Positions 18,419 through 30,000 of a stretch of DNA of 64,000 bases are shown one piece after another. Numbering within the stretch: the stretch's first letter is position 1; each line of letters begins with the position of its first letter. The notes under the pieces were generated by a model, which was not told where the DNA came from, made no database searches, and worked only from the letters and a program-made list of their open reading frames with translations. The position numbers were made by a program, and so were the translations under genes. This DNA is from Poseidonia sp. (lineage in GTDB: Archaea; Thermoplasmatota; Poseidoniia; Poseidoniales; Poseidoniaceae): positions 14,302 to 78,301 of the forward strand of contig JBMYQB010000002.1 in NCBI GenBank assembly GCA_049600935.1. Direction: 5' to 3'.

Positions 18419-21019
18419 TCATTCGTGTCGAATCCACTCACCGGCAGGGGTGACTTCCCAGTATTGCAGTTCTTCTGAGACATCAACATACCATCCCGTT
18501 TGACCCTGAACCGTGGAGGGCGTGGCTTGCATAACACCAACCTTGCCGGCTTCTTCCGCAAGCGCCTTCATTGATTCGAGCGTCAATCCATGCCGTTCAT
18601 GCAGCGGCGTATCGTCAACGATGTTCTGAGACCCTGAGGCTTCAATCGCCTCTTCCTCATCGTCCTCATATTCATCAAAGGCCTCCTCAACCCATCCTTC
18701 CCTGGACACTTCAGCAGCCTTTCGCGAAAGGGTAACCAACACAGCGAGAAGAAGGAAGAGGAGAAGGGCGGCCATGGTCATGGCGGTGTTGGTGGAACCC
18801 ACCGCTCCACCGAGCAACACTTCGTCAACGTCGTAGAAGGTTTGCGCCAACAGGCCGCTCCATCGAATGGTACAGGAGCGGTCGGTGCCGCCGTTTTGAA
18901 CATCAATTTCCCACGTTCCGTTGGTGACGAAAGAAGCGGGGCCGGCCGTGCATGAAACGCTGGTGTTGGCCTTTGGAATGCTCAACGTGTTTCCATAGGC
19001 GTCGGTGGCAAACGCATTCATCAGCACGACATCGCCCTCGGCAATGGTCGTTCGGCTCAAGGTCGCTTGAATTCGGATTGGTGCACCGGCTTCAACCGTT
19101 AGGGGAATGACATGCGTTGCTCCCTCGTCTTCCAGCACCAATTCGTAAGAGCCGACCTTCTTCCCGGTAAATTCCCAATAACCTAGGCCGGTTTGTGAGG
19201 CCGTCATTTCCCCGAGCGAGGTGTTGAGCGAAGTCGTCGCCGAGATGGATTCAGCGATGTTCCCGTGAATATCCACCACTTGGATGAAGAGGTCATGCGG
19301 CTCACCCGCTTTGACAACGAGGCCAGCGTCGGCATCGGTCATGAGGGCGTGGGCGGTCCCTGCGACAACGGTCAACCGAACGGTAGCGAACACACCGTCA
19401 GCGTTGACACGGAGTTCATGACCGCCAACGCTGGTGGCGGTCCAACGTCCATCGTTGAGGAGCATTTCCAAGGTGATGTCTTCGCCGTCGAGCGTCCAGT
19501 TAAGTGCGAGATCTCCCAACTCGTTGCCGTAGGCATCATAGAATCCCGGATTGAGGTCCAACTCACCGTCGGCGGGCACACGACTCCCTTCCCCCTCAAG
19601 CGTGATGAAAGCCAAACGACCCGGTCGGACATCAAAGGCTGAGTCGGCCGTAAACATGGCGCCGCTGGTGTTGTCAAACCAACTGCCGTCAAAGCGCCAC
19701 GAACGGGCTGCTTCAGCTTGCAAAAGCACATAGTTCGGTTCAGCAGTGACCTTGTCTTCCTCACCCATGGTCATGGTGATGGTCCCCTCCACCGCCCATC
19801 GGTTTCCTTTCACGTCTTCAGCGACAAGTTCGATGACCACTTGATCGCCTGCTGTCGGTGACCTGGGCGAAAGACGGAAGCCAATATCGATGGCACGTCC
19901 ATGCTTCACCTCAAGTTCCAACGAGGTGCTTACGGTACCGTCAAGCGCCGTGATGGTTGCCGGTCCGGTTGCCGAGGGATTCCAAAACACACGATGATCA
20001 TCATCGACCGAAAGACCTCCTGACGTGGCACTGACCGAATGAATGGACGGCGAAACAAAACCGATGTAGCCGTTCGCATCTCGTCGCTCAAACACCAATT
20101 CGTAGGATTCCCCGGCCATGAATTCGTCCGGTGAATCGACCACCATCAACTCCGAAGCAACGGCGTCTCCGGGTATGACAAGGAGCGTGGTGCTCCCCGT
20201 GATGTTTCCAGCGGAGACGGAGATAAGCCACCGACCCGTGTTGGTTGCGAGGTACTCCCCTTGTGCATTGAAGGACCCGTTCTCTGCAAACCATGCGAGC
20301 GAGCCTACATTGGAGAGGGACATCTCAAAACCGTTGGCATCAACCAAATGTGGAGTGATTTTCTGAAGCGTTCCTGCGCGGATAACAATGGGGTCGTCAA
20401 ACACAAAGGCATGTGGTGCACCAGCCTCGGCCGTGATGGTTGCACGGGCTTCCAATTGATTGTAGCGGACCCGAGCCTGATATTCACCGAGCGCATCTGC
20501 GGTCCATGTCGGCTCACCATGGCCGATGTATTCTCCATCAATGTCCCACACCATGGTAGAAAGGCCCGCCATGCGGTTCCCTCGACTGTCCACCAAGTCG
20601 GCCGTAAGGGTGGTTGGCTCAAGAACACCAACCGACAGTCGCGTGATATCGATGGAGGTCGGCACACCGGCTTCGACCGTGATGTTGTGATAGCCGCGCA
20701 GTCCGTTGTGTTCTGCAACGATTTCAATCAATCCAGCAGACCACGGGTAGAACAAACCGTCATCGGACATGGTTCCATTGCTTGCCGACCATGAGATATC
20801 GCCACCAACGATGTTGTTCACGGCGTCGTAAATGATGCCCTCGAAGGCATAGACTTCGTCCGCCGAGATTGAAGCAGGTGGGTCATTGATGACCACCCGA
20901 TCCGCCGTACCCGACCGAGAAATCTCAGGATTTTCTGCCAACAGAAGCGGGGCGGTTGCCGACCAGGAACCCACCATGAACAGCGCAACAAGAAAAGCGC
21001 TGGTCTTGATTGCGTTCAC
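18419..21019 (-). CDS. Surface protein of about 7-8 tandem bacterial-Ig-like domains, with C-terminal TM and cytoplasmic tail ending in an aromatic WW-like motif
   Basis: GTG start at 21019 preserves a signal peptide (VNAIKTSAFLVALFMVGSWSATAPLLLA). Domain-opening motifs: VEAGVPTSIDIT, AEAGAPHAFVF, VVAGTAHALM, VEAGAPIRIQATLS. TM helix MTMAALLLFLLLAVLVTL. Tail ends ...GWYVDVSEELQYWEVTPAGEWIRHE. Confidence 0.8.
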   Translation of the reverse strand: MNAIKTSAFLVALFMVGSWSATAPLLLAENPEISRSGTADRVVINDPPASISADEVYAFEGIIYDAVNNIVGGDISWSASNGTMSDDGLFYPWSAGLIEIVAEHNGLRGYHNITVEAGVPTSIDITRLSVGVLEPTTLTADLVDSRGNRMAGLSTMVWDIDGEYIGHGEPTWTADALGEYQARVRYNQLEARATITAEAGAPHAFVFDDPIVIRAGTLQKITPHLVDANGFEMSLSNVGSLAWFAENGSFNAQGEYLATNTGRWLISVSAGNITGSTTLLVIPGDAVASELMVVDSPDEFMAGESYELVFERRDANGYIGFVSPSIHSVSATSGGLSVDDDHRVFWNPSATGPATITALDGTVSTSLELEVKHGRAIDIGFRLSPRSPTAGDQVVIELVAEDVKGNRWAVEGTITMTMGEEDKVTAEPNYVLLQAEAARSWRFDGSWFDNTSGAMFTADSAFDVRPGRLAFITLEGEGSRVPADGELDLNPGFYDAYGNELGDLALNWTLDGEDITLEMLLNDGRWTATSVGGHELRVNADGVFATVRLTVVAGTAHALMTDADAGLVVKAGEPHDLFIQVVDIHGNIAESISATTSLNTSLGEMTASQTGLGYWEFTGKKVGSYELVLEDEGATHVIPLTVEAGAPIRIQATLSRTTIAEGDVVLMNAFATDAYGNTLSIPKANTSVSCTAGPASFVTNGTWEIDVQNGGTDRSCTIRWSGLLAQTFYDVDEVLLGGAVGSTNTAMTMAALLLFLLLAVLVTLSRKAAEVSREGWVEEAFDEYEDDEEEAIEASGSQNIVDDTPLHERHGLTLESMKALAEEAGKVGVMQATPSTVQGQTGWYVDVSEELQYWEVTPAGEWIRHE

Positions 21020-21031
21020 CGAATCACGTCC

Positions 21032-24000
21032 TCATTCCGAGTACTCTTGCCAATCTTCTTCTCCGGGATTACGATACCACCAGGTGCCGTCATCGTCTTC
21101 CCACCATTCCGTGCCGTCTTCGTCAAAGGTGGTGTCGGGTTCTTCTTCCTCTTCTTCCTCTGGCGGGGCTTCTTCAGCGGGTGGACCTGATGGTCCAGGC
21201 GCTGGGCCGGTTGGACCTGGCGCTGGGCCGGTTGGGCCCGGTGCTGGACCGGTTGGACCGGAAGGACGTTCGTCATCTTCGTCGTCGTAGTCGTCATCGT
21301 CCCAATCATCGCTCATTCGGTTGTTTCGCATGAACGAAACGCCCAGTCCAAGGAGCACAACACCGACCAAACCGAGCAAACCTGCTCCGACGTAGTACAA
21401 TGTTCCTCCAGCTTCAAAGAAGCCTTGCAGGTTGCCATCCACGGTGATTTCCTCATTGACTCGCACAGCCCCAACACTGACCGTGATGGTTTGTGGCCCG
21501 TCGTCAAGGGTGGTGACAGACCACAACTCAGAGGACGTCATGATGGTTGTACCTCGGCCTGTTGCCTCTACTTGGACGCTACCGGGCACAGGAATCTCGT
21601 TGTCGAAGGCGTCAAAGGCTCGGATGCTGACATCAAGGCTTTCGAGTTGCTCAAGCCGGTCGGTGGAAAGGTTCACTTCCAATCGAGCAACAATGCTTTG
21701 GGCAGAAACCGTAATTTCTGCAGTGGACACCGCACCACCGACGCTGTACTCGAGGGTGTGAACACCCGCAACCTCGGCGTCGTAGGTGTAGGTTCCTTCC
21801 GATGTGGTGATGATGCTGAGGGTTGGGACGCTCTCGCCGTCTTCCGTCCACTCAACGTTTTGGGCAAACTGGTTGCCGTCAGCGTCGGTACCGGTCACCT
21901 GAATGTCCACACGGTCACCCGCTGTTGGCGACGTGGTGGAGAGGTCGGCCGCCACCGTGACGGCTTCACCGTGCAGGACGGTGATGGCGACGCTGTCGGT
22001 GATGTTGAATCCAGTACCGCTGATGCTGAAGGCTTCAATGCGCCATTCACCAACCGTTGTTGCTTCCCATCGCATCTCATCAAGCAGGAGTTGGGTTGTG
22101 ATGTCGCGAACGTCTCCGGAATCCACGTTTACCTCAAGCCAGGTCAATTCGTCCGAAGAAATCCGGTTGTTATCCGTATCAAACAGTTCGGAACTGAAGT
22201 CAATGGCATAGTCCGAGGTCATTTCTATGACGGCGCCGGTTGAACGCAGCGGGTCGTTGGCCACACCTTCGATGGTGACGGTGTTGAGCATGCCGTGGTC
22301 CACCGTGATGTTGATGGCGACACTCAGGTCGGTTTCTGCGTCGCTGTAGGTCGCTATCAGCGTGTAGGGCAAATCGGAGGCATAGTACGGCGTGAAGGTT
22401 GTTGAGTCGCCCGTCAGCACTTCAAGGAAGTTGGATGGATTCTCAATCGTTGGGTGGTCGAGTGACCAGTTTGATTCTGGAACGGCCCACTGGTTACCTT
22501 TCCCGTCGATGGCGAAGATTTTTGCTTCAAGTGTATCATCGGCCGTGATGTCAAAGTGCATCCACGTCGAGATTTCATCGTCCACGGTAATCCGCAAAGC
22601 CTGTGTTTTCCCCTTTTCAACATCGATGATGATTTGAGTCAATTCCGTTTCGTATCGGGCCTCGAGAATCTTTGATCCCGTTTTCACCGGATCCCAGATG
22701 GCAGGTGCACCAGGCGTCAACTGACCGTCTGAGGTCTTGGTCCAGTTGTCAGCGGGTAGCACAACAGGCAGTCGATTTCCACGCACGTCAACCCGGGTGG
22801 TGTTGATGTAGATGCGATCGTCGGCTGTAATCGATGTCGACGACGCATCCAACTCAAGATAGTCAATGGCACCGTGGCCGACGGTAATCTGGAGTTCGTC
22901 CTTGGCTCCCGAGACGGAGGTGAGGTTTAACCACCAAACACCGACGTGGTCTGGGAAGTATTGCTGGTTGATTTCGGAATAATTCCCGTTGGTGGTGGAC
23001 CATGTCAAATTGCCGGCATCACCGATGTCGAGTGCATTGCCGAACTGGTCGTACAGGTTGATGTTAATATCACACAGCACACCGGCTGGCACCGTGCCCT
23101 CGCATCCACTCAACTCAAAGTACGATGGGGCTCCGGCTTCGACCGTGACGGCAACGTCAACAAACTCTCCCGATGGCACGTCGTGGGCCACACGTACGAC
23201 GTGAGAACCAACGGCATAGGGCTGGAAGATGTTCGGCATAACGGCGCTCATGCTCCCGTTGGTTGGCGTGTAGGTGATGGACTCACCCGGCACTGTGTTT
23301 CCGTGTTGGTCGACCATGTGAGCCGTGATCGTCAGCGTATCGTCCGCCGAAATCGTAGCGCTCAACGGTGTGACGATGAGGTCCGTGGGTGCTCCTGCGG
23401 TCACGTTAATCGTTTGCGTGCCACAGACCAAACCGAAACACGAGGTGATGCTCACTGTTCCGACAAGATTCGGTGTGAACAAGCCGTTGCTCCCAATGCT
23501 TCCGGACGAAGACGACCAAGTCATCGGCGGGGCCTGAACCATGGATTGGTGGTCATAGGCGACGGAATTGAAGTTCACAGCCGTGTCAGCATCCGTGGAA
23601 AGCGTTCCCGAAGGACTGATGGCCACGCTGGTGATGTTCGTTGTGTTGAACAAAATCTTCGGCCGGTAGTCCACGTTCACGGCCGAGCCGGAGTAGAACG
23701 AAGCGTGAGCGTGACCTTGGTTGGGCGTGGCGATGATGATCCATGCTTGGTGGTTGGTGGTGGTCATGCCGAGCGTGCTGATGTCAAACCAGAGCCAGCC
23801 GGTGGTGTCCACGTTCACCACGGTCGTCGAGACGGCATCCCCGTAATCGGTACCGGACGCCATGCCCGGTGCGCCCCACAAGACACCGCCGGTGGTGCCG
23901 TTCCAGGTGGCAGAGGCTTGGCCCCAGTTGGTGTTGATGATGGGGTGTACGGCGAACGAAACCGAGGTGGCCCCTTGCACGGCTGTCCACGATTCCACGT

Positions 24001-27000
24001 ACATGCCCAGCGATGCAGAGTGCACTTGCTGGTAGGAGGCAAACGGAATCTGGGCGGCGTTGAGACCGATGTTGATTCGACATTCGTCGGCCCAAAGCGT
24101 CCCACAGAAGTCGCCCGCACTGATGGTGGTTTCACCTGCAAAGTTGGTATCGGGGTACTCGCTGTACAACACCGTGTCCTGAATGTTGGTGTGTCCAAAG
24201 GCCGCAATTTCACTACCTGTTTGGAAAGTGTAGGTGAAGGTGTAATCGTTGTTGTAGGTATGGTCAGGGTCGCCAACCGCAAAGCTCCATCGTGAAGATG
24301 ACGGGCCGGGAATGGATTGGTTCACACCTTGGACCCACCACGAGAACAACTGCCCTTCGGACAAGTTATTCGAGAACCTGAAGGTGGTGTTGGTGATTTC
24401 AGAATCCTCCCATGATTTGAATTTGTACACACCGGTTTGGTTGGCCACCGTGACGATGTAGCCTGTTGCTCCAGAAACGGGCGTCCATGTGAGCGCAGGT
24501 TGGGTGGAGGCCGAAAGAAGGCCGTCGTTCTCGGCATAGAGAACCGCACCGTCCAAAGGACCTGTTAGCATCGGTTGTGCTGGTGGAACAATGCCGTTGA
24601 CGTTGTCAACATAATCCAACACCAGGTGCGGATGGAAGGATGCGTTCGAGAAGTCGGATGAGTAGAAGCTGTGTGATGAACCCGATGTTCCAACCATCTT
24701 GAGCATGAACGTCATGGTCGTGTTGCCGTTGGCGATGTTGGTTTGAGCCAAGCTGGTCAAGTCCCATTCCATCCATCCAACCGGCGAGGCAAGGGTCAAC
24801 GTTGACCTTGTGATTTCGCTGGTGGAACACGATGGCGCCGTCAACCACACCACGGTGGACTCGGTAAAGCCGCTGCACGGGTAGGCGGCGATGGTTGTGG
24901 AGGCAGAGCCACCGACGTTGGTCTGATACATGCGCAGCATCATCTGCGTGGGTGTCATGGCCGAAGGCCACGGGATGTTGGTCAAATCAAACTCCATGAG
25001 AATTCGGCTTTCTCCAGTACCGAGGCTGTTCACCCCAAGCACCATTGAGGAAGAGCTCCCTCGGTTCACGGTGGCATTCGAATCAATTTCCACATCAGGA
25101 ACCGACGGCAAAAGGCCAGTTTGTTCGAAAATTGAACCTCTGGAGATGTTGAGCGTGTGGTTGCCGTTGCCGTCATCGCTACCCTGATCGGTCGGGTTGC
25201 GATACTTGTGAACGACCGACCATTCACCGATTCGTTCGCCCTGATCGGCACGAATACGCCAATACTGCCAATAATCACCCTTCCCCAATTCGCCACTGTT
25301 CACCGTGTTGTTGGCAAGATCAATCGTTATGTTGTCGTAAAGACCTGCGAGAATATCGTTTGAATTGTAGCAGTTCGTCTTCTCTTCGTCGAGGAAGAGG
25401 GGATCTTCGCTGGCACAAGCGACCAATTGAGTTTCGTTCGAGTACGAGGTTGTCCACGAGAAATCGCTGTCGTTCAAACCGGATGGACGGGGTTGTGAAG
25501 TGTTCCACAAGGTGCTTCCATCCGCAGGTAAGAGACCGGTTGGGGACGACGGCGTCCAGGCGGTAGTGGTCCGGTAGGTCAGGTTGAGGCGAGGACGAAC
25601 TTCAATGTTGGATGCTTCACTGGATGCGAATTGAACGCGTCCATCAACACCGCTGTCCAACTCAACGGCAAAGAGCAGGACGTCCAGTTCCGCCATGTTG
25701 TTGTTCAGTGCATGTTGCACGAGTGCCGTCACGTTGAACGCCACGCTGCCGGTATCGTTGACCCATTGCGGAGCATTAAACGGAACATCGGCGTCTCGCA
25801 GGGAGAATCCACCGCTTTGTATCCATGAAGACGTATTTCCAGCAGGGTAAGCGTGGACGGAGGATTCGGTCCATGCCGAGTCCATTTCTGAAACTGCGAC
25901 GAGCGTTGATTGGTGGGTGTTCAAGACGTTAAACTCCAAGCTAGCATTCACAACTTCGTAGGTTCCTGGCATCGGCAATGCACTGAAATTCATGTTCATG
26001 AGGGTCATGGACCGAAGGTTCGGGTTGCTCGTCGAAATTTGGCTAAGACCCACATAGAGGCTGGAGGATGAACCTCGGTCGGTGTAGATGGTTCCCGTGT
26101 CGAGGTAGGTATCGTGTGTCACGCTGGGGTAGGAGAGCGACGGTACGATATTCCCTTCCTGAATGGAAAGGGTGGCGTGCGTTGAATTGACCTCCTCACC
26201 CACATCGTTGGGGAGGTAAAAGATGGTCGATGCGCTTCGAGGGCCAAGCATGCCGTTGTTGATGGGTTGAACCATCCAACGAATTTCTTGGGCAAACGTC
26301 AGGTCAGAAGAAGGCGTGAAGGTCAGGTTGGTCGTGTCGAAGTCAGCAGGTGAAGTACGAGAATCGTAGGTGTACAAGCCCGCCATGTCGTCGTTGGCGT
26401 CTGCTTGTATGAACAAGCGCCAATCGGTGGCCGTCGTCGTCCCGCTGTACGTCCAACTGAAGGTGGGTGAACGGTCTGCCTGGAGGGCATGCGAAGTTGT
26501 GTCCCAGACGAGGGTGGCGTTGGACGGACCAACGTTTACGCCACTTGATGTTGGCGTGGCAACCGTGCCGTCTTCCCAGATCAAGGTGAGGTACGGGCGC
26601 TCAGTGGCGCTTCCTTCCGTTGACGTGAAGGTGATTTCGTCCGTGGTTTGGGACGAGGTATAGACCATCAACGAGAGATGGTTTTGGCTGTTCGCCAAGG
26701 CCGCCTGGACCGCTTCCGTCACATCAAAATCCATCCAATCATCGGCCACGCTGTCAACGAGGTCGACGTAGCCCCCGATATCCACGCCGATGTCTCGACC
26801 GCCTCGCTCGGACCAGTTGTTGGTACCGTCGTAGGTCGTTGCGTTGGCGGAGGTGGTCCAAGGCTGAAGAACGGGGCGGATGGCCACCGGTTCGCCCTCA
26901 ACGGAGCCGTATTCCGCAAAGAGACTCAATTCGGCGCCCGTGACTCGAGCACCCGAGGGTTGCGGGACTTCAGCGAGTGGAATACGAATGAGGGCTGCGG

Positions 27001-30000
27001 ACTGGTAGCCCGTTGAAACTTCACCCACGCTCAGGGTAGTGGCGTTCTCATGCGTATCGTCCGAGCCCGTGCCGTTTTCGATAACGTAGGTGTCGACGAG
27101 ATGAGGCGTGTTGAGGTGAGGCAACGCACCGTGATGTCGAAGTTCAACCGAAGCCTTGGTGGCGTTGTAGACGACCGTGTTCAGGTCGGGAAGTTGGAAG
27201 TGATAGGACGACGACCAGTTTCCAATCTGGTTCGTCGCTGAAACGGCCCGCACGCGCCAGTACCATGTTTTTCCATCGTCAAGGTCCGATTGTGGGCTGA
27301 ATGTTTTGTTGGTCACGTCAAACCCAGCATCGTTCCAGGACGTGTACGTCAGGGCGTTAACGGACGCGAAGTCGCTTTGGGTGTCGAGTTGTACAATGTA
27401 GCCGGCAAGGGCCATGGTCCCTGCGAAATTCCAAGCGAGGTCAGGTTGTGTAATCGGGGTCAAGTCCACGCCTGAACCGATTGACCATGAACCGTTCAAG
27501 GGGAGAGAAGGTGACGGGTCGGACGGCAAGGCATCCGAACCTGGAACGTAAACAAAGGAAAGTTCAGGGCGGTTTGACATCGAGTCTTCAGCCGTACTGA
27601 AGTAGGCTGTCCGAGCACCGCCTGAGCCTGCGCCGAGCATGCCCGCAATAAAGTCAACACGGCGGTCTTCCCGCATGGCGTTTTGAACGGCGAGGGTCAC
27701 GTTCCATTCGACATCATCGCCTTCGGAATAGGAGGTGCCGACGGCAACGCTGTCGAGGAGGGAGCCTCGGTCGAGGCCCTTGGCACCAGCCGTATCCCAG
27801 GAGTTTGACCCGTCATAACTGGCCCACGTAGCGTCTTCCGCATTCCAATCGTTCTGGTTGCTCTCCCACACCCCAATGGTGGGGCTACCGAAGGTCGTGG
27901 AGGTGAGGATGAGGGACAAATGGGCCGACTCAACAGCATAGCCGTCAGGGAGCAGGTTCGAGACGAGGTTACATCCAAGCAAGCCCGTAATTTCACCGCC
28001 TGTCGGGTTGTAATCAATGGTCATCTCCGAGTCACCGTCGAAATTGTCGTTGGTGGCGGCGCTGTCGATGTAGGTGTCCATGCATTCAGGATATTGGTTG
28101 TCCTGCGAGCCGTTTCCGTGCTTGAGGCGGAACTCATATCGATCGCCGCCCAGCCATGTGCTCTCTGCGGATGAGATGAGGAAACTGGAGGAAATCCATT
28201 CCCCGTAGTGGTCATCGCTGTCGACCGTCGCCATGCGCCAGAAGTACATGTTGCCGACCTCGAGTGTCTTGCTCCCGGTCATGGCCAGCGTCTGGTCCGA
28301 TGGACTGAAGTCGGTGTCAACACGTGTGTCCACGCGCACTTCTCGCAGTCGGAAATCCTCGTCGGTTGCAAGTTCGAAGATGATGTCGTCGCCCGAAGCG
28401 GGCGCCGTCCAGTTCAACGTAGGTTGGGTATTTCCAGACAGGTTGTGACCCGTTTGGTTCCAAACGGCCAGCCCGTCGGCAGGTGCCGTGAGGTTAACCG
28501 ATGCTGGAGGCGTCCCACTGCCCCACTCGTAAGTGAGTGAGAACGAGGGCACGTCCGAAGGGTTTGAGGCCTCTGCCGAATGGAAGACGATGCCCTCGCC
28601 GTTGGTGTACGACTCGTACTTACCACGAACGGCCATCAACATGTCAAGCGGGTCTTCATCACCGCCATCGAGGTAATTCTGCACGGCGTGGTCAAGGTCA
28701 AAGGTGAAACTGGAACTGCTTTGGTTGCCGTCAGCAAGTGCTAAAGTCGCGGTGCCGTTTGAACGGCCACCGTCGTACCACTGGAAGCCGGTGGTTGACA
28801 TGCGGTTCCACGTGACTTCTTCCTCGTTCCAAAGACCGGATTCTTCCATGCCATGAAGCGAAACGACGGGGTCGCCGGTGTAGGATGAACGGGTGAGTTT
28901 CAATTCCGCATTCACGATGGTCAAGTTATCGTGAAGACCGAGTTGGTTCAACGACGCTCTGATGTGGACCAGGCGCTCTTTGCTGGAGGTCATGCTCGCC
29001 TCGAGGGTTGAGCCGTCGCCGTACGTGATGGTCTTGCTGGTTTCGCTCACGGTGGCGTCCTGCAGGAAGTCAAGTTCGAGGCCCGTGTCGGTCGGGCCAA
29101 AAGACATCGTGGCGGTGCCGTCACCGTTGTCGACGACGTTCAGGGTTGGGAGCAGGAAACTGGTGCTGTCCCACGGGCCCCACTGGTCATTGCTGTCAAC
29201 GGCACGAACACGCATGTGGATGGTCGTTCCGTTTTCCAACGCCAGAGAAGAGGGGAGGTTGTAGGCACCCGATGTTCCCGTTGAGGCGAAGGTGGACCAC
29301 AGCGTTGAGAAGTGCCAGGCCTCATCGGTTTCGGAGCGCCAATCATCATCATTACTCAGCTGAATTTCGACGTCTGTTCCGGTGTTCTGATCATAGGAGA
29401 GCGTTGGCGTAGTGACGGGTTTGAGAAGGAAATCCGATTCCATCCACGGAGCGCCGTCTTCCACGGGAAGGTCGGTGGAGACGGTAGCACCGTTGCTTGC
29501 AGCGGTGCCGTTGGTGGTGTCGATGGTGAGTTGGGGACGAGAGGAAGCGTTGACCGCTTCGGACATAGCGCAGTCATAACTCGTACCAAAGGAGGCAACA
29601 ACCAACGAGAGGTAGGAGGAATTTGAGCGTGCGGCTTGTTGGGCAAGTGACGTGACGTTGAGCGTGAGCGTTCCGTTGCCAGTGAGCGTGGTGGGTGGTT
29701 CCCAATCACCACGGTCGCCAGCGCCCTCTGCACCGGCCGTGGCCCACAACTGGTTGTTTTCATGAGCGACCCACGAAGCAAAGGAACCGTTCCAGAAGCG
29801 ATTCATTGAGGCCACATAGGCCGTCAATTCCGTAGGACCAAGCGCATCGGTGGTGCACTGCAAATCAACACTTGCCTCGTGAACGGTATCGCTAGCGGTG
29901 AAATTCATCGGGAATCGAAGCAAGAGCCTTGATTCCTGAGCAGGTCCGTCGGCCAGCGTTCCCGTGGTCGAGGTGTTGTAAGTGGTCGTGGGAGATCCCG

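Noticed and set aside
21177-21260. 21-bp tandem repeat considered as a CRISPR-like or non-coding satellite element
   Set aside because: The units are contiguous with no spacers and in frame. They lie inside the giant ORF, where they encode a GPTGPAP heptad, so this is a coding tandem repeat.
22946-24295. 449-aa plus-strand ORF inside the giant gene. Similar long antisense ORFs: 2813-3604, 39272-40033, 45464-46336, 37160-37981, 54095-54784, 57116-57850, 12963-13535, 15814-16386
   Set aside because: All are antisense to genes with strong motif support. They have Arg/Gly/Val/His-rich compositions typical of the reverse frame of GC-rich coding DNA, and no motifs.
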